Assembly: GCA_020341815.1 (NCBI GenBank)
Contig: CP070837.1
Coordinates: 8,034-72,033 of the forward strand
Length of the DNA: 64,000 nt
Reading direction: 5' to 3'
DNA from: Candidatus Omnitrophota bacterium
GTDB lineage: Bacteria > Omnitrophota > Gorgyraeia > JAFGHF01
Below are positions 26,034 to 34,913 of this stretch, one piece after another. The translations under genes were made by a program, and so were the position numbers. The notes under the pieces were generated by a model. That model was not told the DNA's origin and searched no databases. It saw nothing but the letters and a program-made list of their open reading frames with translations. Numbering within the stretch: the first letter of the stretch is position 1; each line of letters begins with the position of its first letter.

Positions 26034-26304
26034 CGGTGTGATTCGAACACACGACCCTCTGCTTAGCATCCAGCATCAAGTTTCCCTGACCACTCCGAAT
26101 ACTCGGAGCTTGCTGGCCGGACTTTCTCTTGGGCGTCTCAGCCCCACCGCGTAAAGTCTCTACACTTCCCCAAAACTTTTAGGGTAGCTCGGTATTACCC
26201 AACTTGGGCGTCTACCGAATTAGCGGTGTCCACTTCATAAGTTTATTTCCCTATGAAGGCTCCTTATTGAAGGCAGATGCTCTATCCAGCTGAGCTACGG
26301 GGAC
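26034..26304 (-). tRNA. tRNA-Arg(UCU) interrupted by a 194-nt intron in the anticodon loop (exons 26270-26304 and 26034-26075)
   Basis: 5' half GTCCCCGTAGCTCAGCTGGATAGAGCATCTGCCTT and 3' half CTAAGCAGAGGGTCGTGTGTTCGAATCACACCGGGGACGCCA. They pair perfectly in acceptor (GTCCCCG/CGGGGAC) and anticodon (TCTGC/GCAGA) stems. The D-arm is that of E. coli tRNA-Arg. Confidence 0.75.
26076..26269 (-). ncRNA. group I (IC3-like) self-splicing intron candidate inside tRNA-Arg
   Basis: Contains GAAGUGUAGAGACUUUACGCGGUGGGG, closely resembling the P7/J6-7 core GAAGGUGUAGAGACUAGACGGCACCC of the Azoarcus tRNA-Ile intron as I remember it. 5' exon ends in U, intron ends in G. Possible P1 CUU/GAG. Confidence 0.55.
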
Positions 26305-26308
26305 TCAC

Positions 26309-26383
26309 TCGGGACGGGCAGATTCGAACTGCCGACCTTCTGCTCCCAAAGCAGACGCGCTAGCCAAACTGCGCTACGTCCCG
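26309..26383 (-). tRNA. tRNA-Pro(UGG), CCA not encoded
   Basis: Acceptor CGGGACG/CGTCCCG, anticodon loop TTTGGGA, T-loop TTCGAAT; 4 nt upstream of tRNA-Arg. Confidence 0.8.
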
Positions 26384-26480
26384 TTCCAAAATACTGCCAA
26401 GCTTTGTGCTTTGGCAAGACTAATGCCATATAGCACTAGTCTACTTTTAAAAATCAACCATTGAAGTATTTTGGAACGGG
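26380..26480. mobile_element. MITE-like TIR repeat, family 1, copy A
   Basis: TIRs CCCGTTCCAAAATAC / GTATTTTGGAACGGG around a central palindrome ctaatgccatatagcactag; abuts the tRNA-Pro 5' end. Confidence 0.7.
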
Positions 26481-26564
26481 ATACGTCCCCATTCTGCAGA
26501 CATACCCTCTTCCAAAATACCACCACAGTTCTCTGATTATAGCTTAAAAACGGGCCTCTGTCCA

Positions 26565-26606
26565 GAAAAAACAGGGGGCCGCAGTTAACTGCAACCCCCT
26601 TTTTTT
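26565..26606. terminator. bidirectional rho-independent terminator
   Basis: AAAAAACAGGGGGCCGCAGTTAACTGCAACCCCCTTTTTTT. Confidence 0.7.
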
Positions 26607-26630
26607 CTATTACTGGATTTTTATAACTTC

Positions 26631-27383
26631 TTACTTCTTGAATACGTTGTCCAGGAATTTCCCGGCTTTATCCTTTGCCCCAAAACCAAAAGCAATGGCG
26701 CTGGCTAAAATCAGGCCACCGAGGACAATGTCTTTGGATTTATCGGTCAGGATAGCCATAAATCCCAATTCTCTCAAGGCAAGCAGTCCGGCAACGACGA
26801 CAATGGCATATTTGGAAATATTGCCTAAGGTCTGTACCTGAGCAATTCTCATATTTCCCCCTACCACTGTGATGATGCCTGAGATGAATATTGCCAATAG
26901 AATTCCCAAAATTAGTACAAATGCAGCCGCAATCACATGTGGGATATAGGAAAGAACCTGGGCGATAAGAGGACTTGTGCTTAAACCATAGTATTCCAAA
27001 GCAGTAATTAAAGTGGCAATGATAATCAGGAAGAAAATTATCTCTGTAATCAATGCGCTCAGAGATAGTCCTACGCCGCCCTTCTTGAGAATTTCCGGAA
27101 CGCCCGCTCTTTTGGCTAATTTTTCCAGCCGAATAATCTTAAGCAATCCTTCTACTAAAGCCGCAATCCCTACAGCAACCAAGCTACCTACGAGAAGAAT
27201 AAACAGAAGCCCTACCAGCTTTGGCAAATATGCGCTCAATCTATCAAATGCGGCCCTGGCCGGCATCCATACAGCTGCGCGAAAACCGCTCTGCACAACA
27301 ATCTCCTCCTTTGCAGCAAAGGCAGGAATTACTATTGCACCCAGTAGAAAGAAAAGAAGAATGCCTGTTCCTACTTTTTTCAT
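26631..27383 (-). CDS. membrane protein with repeated conserved-TM-helix (MscS N-terminal-type) units
   Basis: Signal/TM plus repeated hydrophobic helices; 250 aa. Confidence 0.4.
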   Translation of the reverse strand: MKKVGTGILLFFLLGAIVIPAFAAKEEIVVQSGFRAAVWMPARAAFDRLSAYLPKLVGLLFILLVGSLVAVGIAALVEGLLKIIRLEKLAKRAGVPEILKKGGVGLSLSALITEIIFFLIIIATLITALEYYGLSTSPLIAQVLSYIPHVIAAAFVLILGILLAIFISGIITVVGGNMRIAQVQTLGNISKYAIVVVAGLLALRELGFMAILTDKSKDIVLGGLILASAIAFGFGAKDKAGKFLDNVFKK

Positions 27384-27496
27384 TATTTCACCCCCTTCCT
27401 AATTATAATTGACTATTATACCACAAATCTGCGCTTGGTAAAGCTTTTTTTCTAAATTATTTGTGCTGATGTCAGTTATATGATATCATAAAATCC

Positions 27497-28537
27497 ATGC
27501 AAAACAAAATAAAAAATAAAATAAATAAGGAACTCGCCCGCTCTCTATGCAATTTAGAGAAGACCTACTCTCTAAGGAAAGCCTCACCTCTTCTCTCTAA
27601 AGCTATAAAGGAGCTGGTATTAGGAAAAGGCAAAAGACTAAGACCCGCTCTTTTCATTATCGGCTATCTGGGTTTTGCCAAAACCCCTGCCGCCGGCCTC
27701 TACAAAACTGCCGTATCTTTTGAGCTGTTGCATGATTTTTTCCTTGTGCATGATGATATAGTGGATAAAGCAGACAAAAGACGGGGTAAACCCGCGATGC
27801 ACAAGAGCTTTGATAATTATTTAAAGAACGCCTCTTCCGCCAAATTCAACGGCCAGGACCTGGCAATTATTGCCGGCGATGTCCTCTATGCCCTGGCTAT
27901 AGAGAGCTTCCTTTCGATAAAAGAAGACGCGAAACTAAAGCAAAAAGCCTTACAGAACTTCCTTAAGGCTGCGATCTCGACAACCACAGGAGAGTTCATT
28001 GAGCTTTTAAGCGGCCTCAAAGGTATAGAAAAGATTTCCTCAGAGGATATATACAAAATATATGACTACAAGACTGCCCGTTATACATTTGCTTCGCCTT
28101 TATCCTGTGGGGCTATACTTGGCGGGGCAAATAAAAAAGAAATAGACAGGCTTTATCGCTACGGGATATATCTGGGCAGAGCCTTTCAGATCAAAGACGA
28201 TGTCTTAGGGATGTTTGGCGAGGAAAAGGAAACCGGAAAGCCGGCACTTACCGACCTGCAGGAAGCAAAAAAGACCATACTTCTGTGGCACGCCTACAAT
28301 AATTCAGGCAAAGAATATAAATCGGCAATTAAAAAGATTTTATCAAAAGATAAGATAGACCGCAGCGATTTATTAAAGATGCGCGAAATCATTAGCGCAT
28401 CAGGCACCCTGGATTTCGCGGGGGATGAGATTATTCATTTCACAAGGAAAGCTAAAACAATAATCAAATCTTTAAAGATGCACCCCAGATACAAGGAACT
28501 TCTCGGCAGCTATTCTCGCCAGTTGCTCACCTTATAA
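27497..28537 (+). CDS. polyprenyl diphosphate synthase (trans-isoprenyl)
   Basis: First Asp-rich motif LVHDDIVD...RRG and second FQIKDDVLG. Confidence 0.8.
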   Translation: MQNKIKNKINKELARSLCNLEKTYSLRKASPLLSKAIKELVLGKGKRLRPALFIIGYLGFAKTPAAGLYKTAVSFELLHDFFLVHDDIVDKADKRRGKPAMHKSFDNYLKNASSAKFNGQDLAIIAGDVLYALAIESFLSIKEDAKLKQKALQNFLKAAISTTTGEFIELLSGLKGIEKISSEDIYKIYDYKTARYTFASPLSCGAILGGANKKEIDRLYRYGIYLGRAFQIKDDVLGMFGEEKETGKPALTDLQEAKKTILLWHAYNNSGKEYKSAIKKILSKDKIDRSDLLKMREIISASGTLDFAGDEIIHFTRKAKTIIKSLKMHPRYKELLGSYSRQLLTL

Positions 28538-29335
28538 CTTTTCAAGGAAGTCCCCTACCCTGGCGCTGAACTCCTCACCGGCCATAAAGATGGCCTCATT
28601 ATGCCCGCCGCGCATCTGGTAAAACTCTTTAGGCTGAGGCGCAGCCTCAAATAATTTCTCACCCAGCGCAAATGGCACAATTTCATCATCGCGGCTGTGA
28701 ATGATTAATTTGGGAATGGAGATATTTTTTATCTTTGCCAGGGCATCATATTTAACGGTAATTATCCATTTTACCGGAAGATAGGGAAAGAGTTTCTTGC
28801 CCATATCACGCGCCGAAGTAAAGGCGCCTTCCGAGATTAAGGCTTTTGCAGGCACCCTGGAGACCAAATCAATAGCCACGTTTGCCCCGATGGACTTTCC
28901 GTAGACCACAATATTCTCGCGATCCACATCCGCCCTGTTTAATAGATATTCAAAGGCCGCCTGCGCATCCTGATAGAGACCCGCCTCACTCGGCGAACCC
29001 TCGCTTCTTCCATAGCCCCGATAATCAAAGATAAAGACATTGAGATTAAGCCTGCGGAATATATTTATAATTTCAATGCGGTGGCTTATATTTCCCGCAT
29101 TGCCGTGGCAGAATAACAATGTGCCCCGCGCCCCATCCGCAGACACAAACCAGCCGTTGAGCTTTACGCCCGGGGCACTTTCGAAGAAAATATCTTCGTA
29201 TTTAAGGCCGTAGTCGCTGGGCGTAATCTCGATTTTTCTTAAAGGATAATAAATGCCTTTTTTCTCAAAATACTTTAAATAGGCAAAAACAAAGAAGGCA
29301 CATACTAATATTATTGTGATAATCTGCCTGAGCAT
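28532..29335 (-). CDS. alpha/beta-hydrolase (S9/S33-like)
   Basis: GKSIGANVAI nucleophile elbow, HGNAGN oxyanion region. Confidence 0.7.
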   Translation of the reverse strand: MLRQIITIILVCAFFVFAYLKYFEKKGIYYPLRKIEITPSDYGLKYEDIFFESAPGVKLNGWFVSADGARGTLLFCHGNAGNISHRIEIINIFRRLNLNVFIFDYRGYGRSEGSPSEAGLYQDAQAAFEYLLNRADVDRENIVVYGKSIGANVAIDLVSRVPAKALISEGAFTSARDMGKKLFPYLPVKWIITVKYDALAKIKNISIPKLIIHSRDDEIVPFALGEKLFEAAPQPKEFYQMRGGHNEAIFMAGEEFSARVGDFLEKL

Positions 29336-29400
29336 TTTACTTTAAACCTCTTTACAATTATACCCCAATTTTATATAATAGTAAAGAAGGTGAATAGATA

Positions 29401-30984
29401 ATGAAGAAAACAAAAAAAACCAAGAAAACCAAAAAAGAGCCAAAGTCATCTTTTTTTATTGTAATTGCAGCTCTTGCCCTTATTATTGCAATAGCCTTTA
29501 TCTACTTAAACTTCATCTACCTGCCCCAAAAAGTAAGCTCTAAAGGACCTCTCTATCTGCAAGAGAAAACCAAAGGACAGGTTAAGGCCGAAGATATCCG
29601 CTATATTCCTTTCAAAGGGGTAAGCCTGAAAAATGTCACAATTCTCACTAAGACCAAAAAGCCTATTTTTACGATAGAGCAGGTATATTTTAATGCCCGC
29701 ATCTGGCCGCTGATTCTGCAGCAAAATCTCATCTTCCGCATTGACTTGCATCTGCCAAAAAAAGAAAGACCTCTCATCTTTAAGGGTCTTTATCAAATCA
29801 AAAAACAAGACTTAGAGGTGAATTTTAAGGCAAGAAATGACTTCTTTACCCAAAGTCAGACCATCCAGGGAACGCTTAAGTGTCTCCTGAATAAGAAAAA
29901 AAGATCCGATATAAACTTAAACATAACTTCCCGCGACCTAAATCTTCAGGGCAATCTTTATATGGAGGCGCAGGATGTGCATATCGAAAAATTATCCGCA
30001 AAAGTCTTAAACTCAAGCCTTGAACTTATCGGCGATGCCCAGAACCTTCCCGATGCCCTGCTCAATATCTACGGAAACCTTAATCTGGATTTAAAAGATC
30101 TAAAAAGCATAAAACCCGAATATACCGGCATACCTGCAAAATTGAAGCTTGAAGGCAACTGCAGGGGTGAGCTCTATATAAGCTCTGAAGCCCGTAACCC
30201 GCAAATCGGCCTAAAAATGGGTGCTGAAGAAATAAAGATTGAAGAAACTCAAGTCACGGATTTATCCCTTATATCGATAATGGAAGATAAAGAGTTTAAG
30301 CTTAATAAGCTTTATGCGAAGTCATGCGGCGGTGAAATCAATCTGCAGGGAAGCTGTAAATTGGATAAAGAAGGCCTGCCTGCCGATTTGCACTTAAATG
30401 TCTTCAATCTGGACATGCATAAGATACTTAAAGATATAACGGGCAAGGGCACGCCCGTGCACGGACGCCTGTTTACCCTGGGCCGTCTATCAGGTCCCCT
30501 TAAAACCCCCAAGAACTGCCAGGGTGATCTCTGGGTGAGCGTCTCCGGCTCCAATATACTAAAGCTGCCTCTATTTGAGGGTATAGTCAATGTGCTTCGC
30601 CTGCCTGAGCTGGGTAAAATTGAGTTTAAAGAGGCCAGCGGCAATTTCCGCATTGGGCAACAGGCAATCTCAACCGAGGATTTCAAAATAGCAAGTAGCA
30701 GCATAGTCATATATTTCAAAGGATATATGGATTTTGCCGGCAACTTATCCTTTACTATTCAACCCACTTTTTCTCAAAGTTACCTTGCCAGCACCCCGAG
30801 CGTAGGCAATATCTTAGGGATACTTATTGATTCCACAGGCACCTTCCTGGGAGAAATCGAGATGAAGGGCACCATCAAAGAGCCCCGCTATACCTTCAGG
30901 CCCATATCTATGGAGAAGCTTCTGCCTCGAGGCATAGAAGAAGGAATCAAGCAATTCTTTAAATTCAGAAAGAAAAAGGAATAA
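29401..30984 (+). CDS. AsmA-like outer-membrane biogenesis family protein (N-terminal anchor, large periplasmic domain)
   Basis: Lys-rich N-terminus, single TM, long beta-rich body; family call tentative. Confidence 0.4.
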   Translation: MKKTKKTKKTKKEPKSSFFIVIAALALIIAIAFIYLNFIYLPQKVSSKGPLYLQEKTKGQVKAEDIRYIPFKGVSLKNVTILTKTKKPIFTIEQVYFNARIWPLILQQNLIFRIDLHLPKKERPLIFKGLYQIKKQDLEVNFKARNDFFTQSQTIQGTLKCLLNKKKRSDINLNITSRDLNLQGNLYMEAQDVHIEKLSAKVLNSSLELIGDAQNLPDALLNIYGNLNLDLKDLKSIKPEYTGIPAKLKLEGNCRGELYISSEARNPQIGLKMGAEEIKIEETQVTDLSLISIMEDKEFKLNKLYAKSCGGEINLQGSCKLDKEGLPADLHLNVFNLDMHKILKDITGKGTPVHGRLFTLGRLSGPLKTPKNCQGDLWVSVSGSNILKLPLFEGIVNVLRLPELGKIEFKEASGNFRIGQQAISTEDFKIASSSIVIYFKGYMDFAGNLSFTIQPTFSQSYLASTPSVGNILGILIDSTGTFLGEIEMKGTIKEPRYTFRPISMEKLLPRGIEEGIKQFFKFRKKKE

Positions 30985-31213
30985 AATCAATAAGAACTTT
31001 CTTAAAGTCAGCGTTATATTCTTCGCTTTCTATCTGATATTTGCCGGGCACTACTTTAAGCGAATCTATCAGCCCTGGGGAACGTGCGATACGGACTTCA
31101 CTGTCTTCAAACGGGCAGCCGATGATATTGCCCAAAAAAAAGACATATACCAAAAGTCTTATCTAAGTACCGGCCGGGACTATTATAAGTATTCTCCTGC
31201 CTTCGCCGTATTT

Positions 31214-32212
31214 ATGATTCCCTTAAGCCGGCTGCACATGCATTTGTCTGTGCCCATCTGGTATTTATCCATCTTTATATTTTTTATTATCTCTATTTTC
31301 TTTATTACAAAAATCCTCACCCTTCAGGATAAGACAAAGACTCTTTCCAAGACCTTTTATTTCCTGGGGATACTGATGAGCCTGCGCTTTCTTTTAAGCG
31401 TTATCCAGCGGGTGCAAAGCGACGCCCTTGTGCTTTTTCTTTTGGCCGGATTTATCTATGCCCTTTTCCTGAAAAAAGATATTTTAGCGGGTTTTTCTTT
31501 GGCAGGCGCCTTTGCCGTCAAGCTTACCCCTTTAATATTTTTCCCTTTTCTTATCTTGCGCAAAAAGTTTAAGGCAGCTGCCTCATTCTTACTCTTTGTG
31601 CTCTTCTACGGCTTTTCCCCTGCCTTGTACCTGGGCTTTAATAAAAACCTGGAGTATCTGAAAAGTTTCCTTTTAGTGCACAGGCAAAACCCCGCAGATT
31701 ATATTATGTGGTATAAAAACCAGTCTCTCTTAAGCTGTCTTTTGAGATTTCTCACCCAGCCTTCGCAAGTCAGTATATTGAATTTAAACCCACAGGTGGT
31801 ATATATCATTTTTGCTATTCTGGCGGCATTTCTTTTTTCTCTGATTTTCATTTCCCGCAAAAAGACTCATCGCACATCCGGTTTTTCCTACCTCGCAGAT
31901 GTTTCTCTGGTCCTTATCTGCATGATTATCTTCTCACCCCTGGCCTGGAAGCACACCTTTGTGCATTTAATTATTCCGCATCTGGTTTTATTATATTACA
32001 TATTTTATCTAAACCCGCAGGATAAAATTACAAAGGTTCTGGTAATTAGCTCTTTTCTAATCAATACTATGCTTAACCCGGAAATCACCGGAAGTCTTTC
32101 TAAGATTATTCAATTATATTCAAATGTTACTTTCGGCACACTCCTGTTATATGCGGCCCTTTTAAGAGCCAGGGGAAAATATGCAGACCTTAATTATCAT
32201 TCCCACTTATAA
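31214..32212 (+). CDS. GT87/DUF2029-type polyprenol-phosphate-sugar glycosyltransferase. The annotated ATG lies inside the conserved domain; the frame is open and conserved from 30938.
   Basis: AVKLTPLIFFPFLILRKK is typical of GT87. In-frame upstream translation ...GTCDTDFTVFKRAADDIAQKKDIYQ...YYKYSPAFAVF looks like the GT87 N-terminus, but has no ATG/GTG/TTG. Confidence 0.55.
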   Translation: MIPLSRLHMHLSVPIWYLSIFIFFIISIFFITKILTLQDKTKTLSKTFYFLGILMSLRFLLSVIQRVQSDALVLFLLAGFIYALFLKKDILAGFSLAGAFAVKLTPLIFFPFLILRKKFKAAASFLLFVLFYGFSPALYLGFNKNLEYLKSFLLVHRQNPADYIMWYKNQSLLSCLLRFLTQPSQVSILNLNPQVVYIIFAILAAFLFSLIFISRKKTHRTSGFSYLADVSLVLICMIIFSPLAWKHTFVHLIIPHLVLLYYIFYLNPQDKITKVLVISSFLINTMLNPEITGSLSKIIQLYSNVTFGTLLLYAALLRARGKYADLNYHSHL

Positions 32213-32900
32213 CGAAATAGAAAACTTACAAAAGCTTACCGAAAATATTTTTCTTGTGCTTCCGCAAACCAATATTCTTGTTATCGATGACGACTCTCCT
32301 GACGGAACAGGAAGGCTCGCCCAAAGCCTGGCCGGGAAAAATCACAAAATTAAACTGATCCAGAGGGGCGGAAAATCGGGTCTGGGAAGCGCCTATATCC
32401 GGGGATTTAGATATGCCCTTGAGAATAACTATGACTTTGTCTTTGAGATGGACGCCGACTTCTCGCATAACCCGAAATACCTGCCTGAATTTCTTAAGCA
32501 GGCTACACAGTACAATCTTATCCTGGGTTCGCGTTATATTAAAGGAGGGGGTATTACAGAGTGGGGTATCCTGCGCAAGTTGATCAGTTACGCAGCCAAC
32601 CTTTACGCAAGGATAATTTTAGGTCTTCCCTATCGCGATTTAACCGGAGGGTTTAAATGCTATTCTCAAGCCGCCTTAAGGAACCTGGAATTAGATTCCA
32701 TTATCTGTGAAGGCTATGGATTTCAGATAGAAACTACTTACAGGATTTACCGCAAAGGCCTCAGCATTAAAGAAATCCCCATTGTCTTTAAAGGCAGGCG
32801 CAGAGGAAAATCAAAGATTTCCCGTAAGATCTGTTTTGAGGCATTCTGGAAGGTGCCCTTATTGCGCTTTCGGCGTATTTACCCCGAACCAAAATACTAA
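32181..32900 (+). CDS. polyprenol-phosphate mannose synthase (GT2, Dpm1/Ppm1-like)
   Basis: IIIPTYNEIENL...VIDDDSPDGT...EMDADFSHNP motifs. The last 6 codons and stop lie in the MITE. Confidence 0.8.
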   Translation: MQTLIIIPTYNEIENLQKLTENIFLVLPQTNILVIDDDSPDGTGRLAQSLAGKNHKIKLIQRGGKSGLGSAYIRGFRYALENNYDFVFEMDADFSHNPKYLPEFLKQATQYNLILGSRYIKGGGITEWGILRKLISYAANLYARIILGLPYRDLTGGFKCYSQAALRNLELDSIICEGYGFQIETTYRIYRKGLSIKEIPIVFKGRRRGKSKISRKICFEAFWKVPLLRFRRIYPEPKY

Positions 32901-32984
32901 TAACAATCAATCTTTAAAGTGAACTAGTGCCATACGGCATTAGCTTGCTATTAGTTTTGACTGTTGGAGTATTTTAGTTCGGGG
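32882..32984. mobile_element. MITE-like TIR repeat, family 1, copy B (inverted orientation)
   Basis: CCCCGAACCAAAATACT ... AGTATTTTAGTTCGGGG; sits between convergent ppm1 and rdgB and supplies both stop codons. Confidence 0.7.
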
Positions 32985-33583
32985 TTTAACTTAAAATATT
33001 TTATAATAAGTCTTTTTGCCGCCTTTAGCGCCCGGGCGCGATGGCTTATTTTATTTTTTATCTTGGGCTTGAGCTGGGCAAAGGTCTTTCCGTATTTTGG
33101 AACGATAAACACCGGGTCGTAGCCGAAGCCGTATTTTCCCTTCGGGCTAAAAGCAATCCTGCCGCGAATCTTTCCCTCCACCAGGCCGATAACTTTCGGA
33201 TAATCGCAAAGCGCCACAACACACCTGAATTGCGCGCCTCGCTCCTTCATCTTCTTGCCCTTGAGCATCTTGAGAAGCTTCCGGTTATTCCGGGCATAGG
33301 TTGCATTCTTTCCGGCAAAACGCGCAGAACGCACACCGGGTAAGCCGCCCAAGACATCTGTCTCCAGACCGGAATCATCCGCTAAGGCCGGCCTTTTAGT
33401 AAACTTAGAAACTGCCTGCGCTTTACGCAGGGCGTTTTCCCGAAAGCAACTGGCGCCTTCTTTTACTTCAGGGCAGTCAGGATACTTATTCAGCGAAACT
33501 ACCTTCACCCCCAGGCCCTTAAGGAGTTGCTTCAATTCCCTTTCCTTATCGCGGTTTTTGGTGGCAATTACTAATTCTCTCAT
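32951..33583 (-). CDS. rdgB: non-canonical purine NTP pyrophosphatase RdgB/Ham1
   Basis: [10 protein letters not shown]...DDSGLE...FGYDPVF motifs; the C-terminal about 12 aa are encoded by the MITE. Confidence 0.8.
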   Translation of the reverse strand: MRELVIATKNRDKERELKQLLKGLGVKVVSLNKYPDCPEVKEGASCFRENALRKAQAVSKFTKRPALADDSGLETDVLGGLPGVRSARFAGKNATYARNNRKLLKMLKGKKMKERGAQFRCVVALCDYPKVIGLVEGKIRGRIAFSPKGKYGFGYDPVFIVPKYGKTFAQLKPKIKNKISHRARALKAAKRLIIKYFKLNPELKYSNSQN

Positions 33584-34302
33584 CTGCCTTTTCCCAGAAT
33601 GCGCTTCTCAGCCGCAATTAACTCCCTTATCCCCTTGGAAGCCAAATCAAGCAAATCGCGCATCTGTTTTCTGGAAAAGGGCTCTTTCTCGGCTGTGCCC
33701 TGAATTTCTACAAGCTTATCCCTACCGGTCATTACCACATTCATGTCCACAGAGGCAGATGAATCCTCCGCATAACTAAGGTCTAAGAGGAACTTGTCGT
33801 TGCATATACCCACACTGACAGCCGCCACATAATCTTTAAGCGGTAACTTATCAAACAATTTATCCTTTTGCAATTTCTCAAGGCACTGCACCAAAGCCAC
33901 GAAGCCTCCGGTAATTGAGGCCGTGCGTGTTCCTCCGTCGGCCTGCAGGACATCGCAGTCTATCCAGATAGTCCGCTCACCTAATTTATCTAATTCCGCT
34001 GCCGCTCTTAAAGAACGGCCGATAAGCCGCTGAATTTCCTGGGTACGTCCGCTGACCTTGCCAATTCTGGCCTCGCGGGGGATACGCTGAGCGCATGAAC
34101 GCGGCAACATCCCGTATTCGGCGCTGATCCAGCCCACACCCTGTCCTCTCAGGAAAGGAGGAACCCTTTCCTCTAAGGTCGCTGTGCAAGCCACCTTAGT
34201 CTTGCCTAACTCTATCAGGCAAGACCCTTCGGCATACTTGTTATAGCCGGGTTTTATCTTGAGCCGCCTTAATTTGTTGTTACTCCTGCCGCCTGCACGC
34301 AT
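33580..34302 (-). CDS. rph: ribonuclease PH
   Basis: [12 protein letters not shown] motif; 240 aa. Confidence 0.85.
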   Translation of the reverse strand: MRAGGRSNNKLRRLKIKPGYNKYAEGSCLIELGKTKVACTATLEERVPPFLRGQGVGWISAEYGMLPRSCAQRIPREARIGKVSGRTQEIQRLIGRSLRAAAELDKLGERTIWIDCDVLQADGGTRTASITGGFVALVQCLEKLQKDKLFDKLPLKDYVAAVSVGICNDKFLLDLSYAEDSSASVDMNVVMTGRDKLVEIQGTAEKEPFSRKQMRDLLDLASKGIRELIAAEKRILGKGR

Positions 34303-34835
34303 TATCCTGCCTTCCTTTTATATATATCCCTGCCTGCTGAATCAATTCCCACAATAAGAGGGAAGTCTTCCACCTCTAATCTATATATTGCCTCCGGGCC
34401 GAATTTTTTATAGGCTACGACCCTGGCCTTCTTTACCCTGGTGGAAAGCAGGGCCCCGCATCCTCCGATGGCCAGAAAATATACAGCCTTGTATTTCTTA
34501 ATGGCTGCTCTCACCTGAGGGCTTCTCGGGCCCTTACCAATCATCCCTTTAAGACCCACCTTCAACAAATCCAAAGTAAAATCATCCATCCGCGAGCTGG
34601 TGGTGGGGCCGCAGGAGCCGATAACTCTATCTTTTTGACGAGGGGTAGGCCCGCAGTAATAAATTACCTGATCCCTCAGGCAAATAGGCAGCTTTCTGTT
34701 ATGCCTTACGGCATCTGAAAGCTCCTGATGAGCTAAATCGCGCGCCGTATAAATAACTCCGCTTAGCGAAACCTCATCGCCGACTTTTAAGGATTTGATA
34801 CTCTTTTCTGCCAGAGGGCTGTAGATTCTCTTCAC
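34302..34835 (-). CDS. class I fumarate hydratase / Fe-S hydro-lyase beta subunit (GTG start)
   Basis: Family-typical GGCGALL region. Start codon is GTG at 34835-34833, inside the hairpin element. Confidence 0.75.
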   Translation of the reverse strand: MKRIYSPLAEKSIKSLKVGDEVSLSGVIYTARDLAHQELSDAVRHNRKLPICLRDQVIYYCGPTPRQKDRVIGSCGPTTSSRMDDFTLDLLKVGLKGMIGKGPRSPQVRAAIKKYKAVYFLAIGGCGALLSTRVKKARVVAYKKFGPEAIYRLEVEDFPLIVGIDSAGRDIYKRKAG

Positions 34836-34913
34836 CCCGCCCTTCCTTTCCTCGTAATGCCAAGGTTTCGTCCCCGTCCTTCTGATGTTTTGGAAGGGCG
34901 GGGTTCATCTTTA
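34833..34913 (-). promoter_or_regulatory. intergenic stop-hairpin-GTG module, copy 1
   Basis: UGAACCCCGCCCUUCC...GGAAGGGCGGGGUG: 12-bp GC stem between the stop of the alpha subunit and the GTG of the beta subunit, with the AGGAAGG SD inside the 3' arm. Confidence 0.6.

Noticed and set aside
25844-26050. 68-aa minus-strand ORF
   Set aside because: It overlaps the tRNA-Arg 3' exon and the operator region and has no RBS. It is explained by the tRNA.
26076-26269. AGAAAGUCCGG inside the intron resembling the RNase P CR-I motif
   Set aside because: The real rnpB with full core is at 47086-47536. The short match in the intron lacks all other RNase P elements and is taken as coincidence.
26034-26304. 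Alternative reading of the split tRNA as two decayed tRNA fragments / pseudo-tRNA
   Set aside because: Both stems complement perfectly across the 194-nt gap, and the D-arm and T-arm are canonical. Fragments from different genes would not pair like this.
30965-31153. 62-aa minus-strand ORF between the AsmA-like and GT87 genes
   Set aside because: The plus-strand frame here encodes conserved GT87 N-terminal sequence, so the minus ORF is a shadow.
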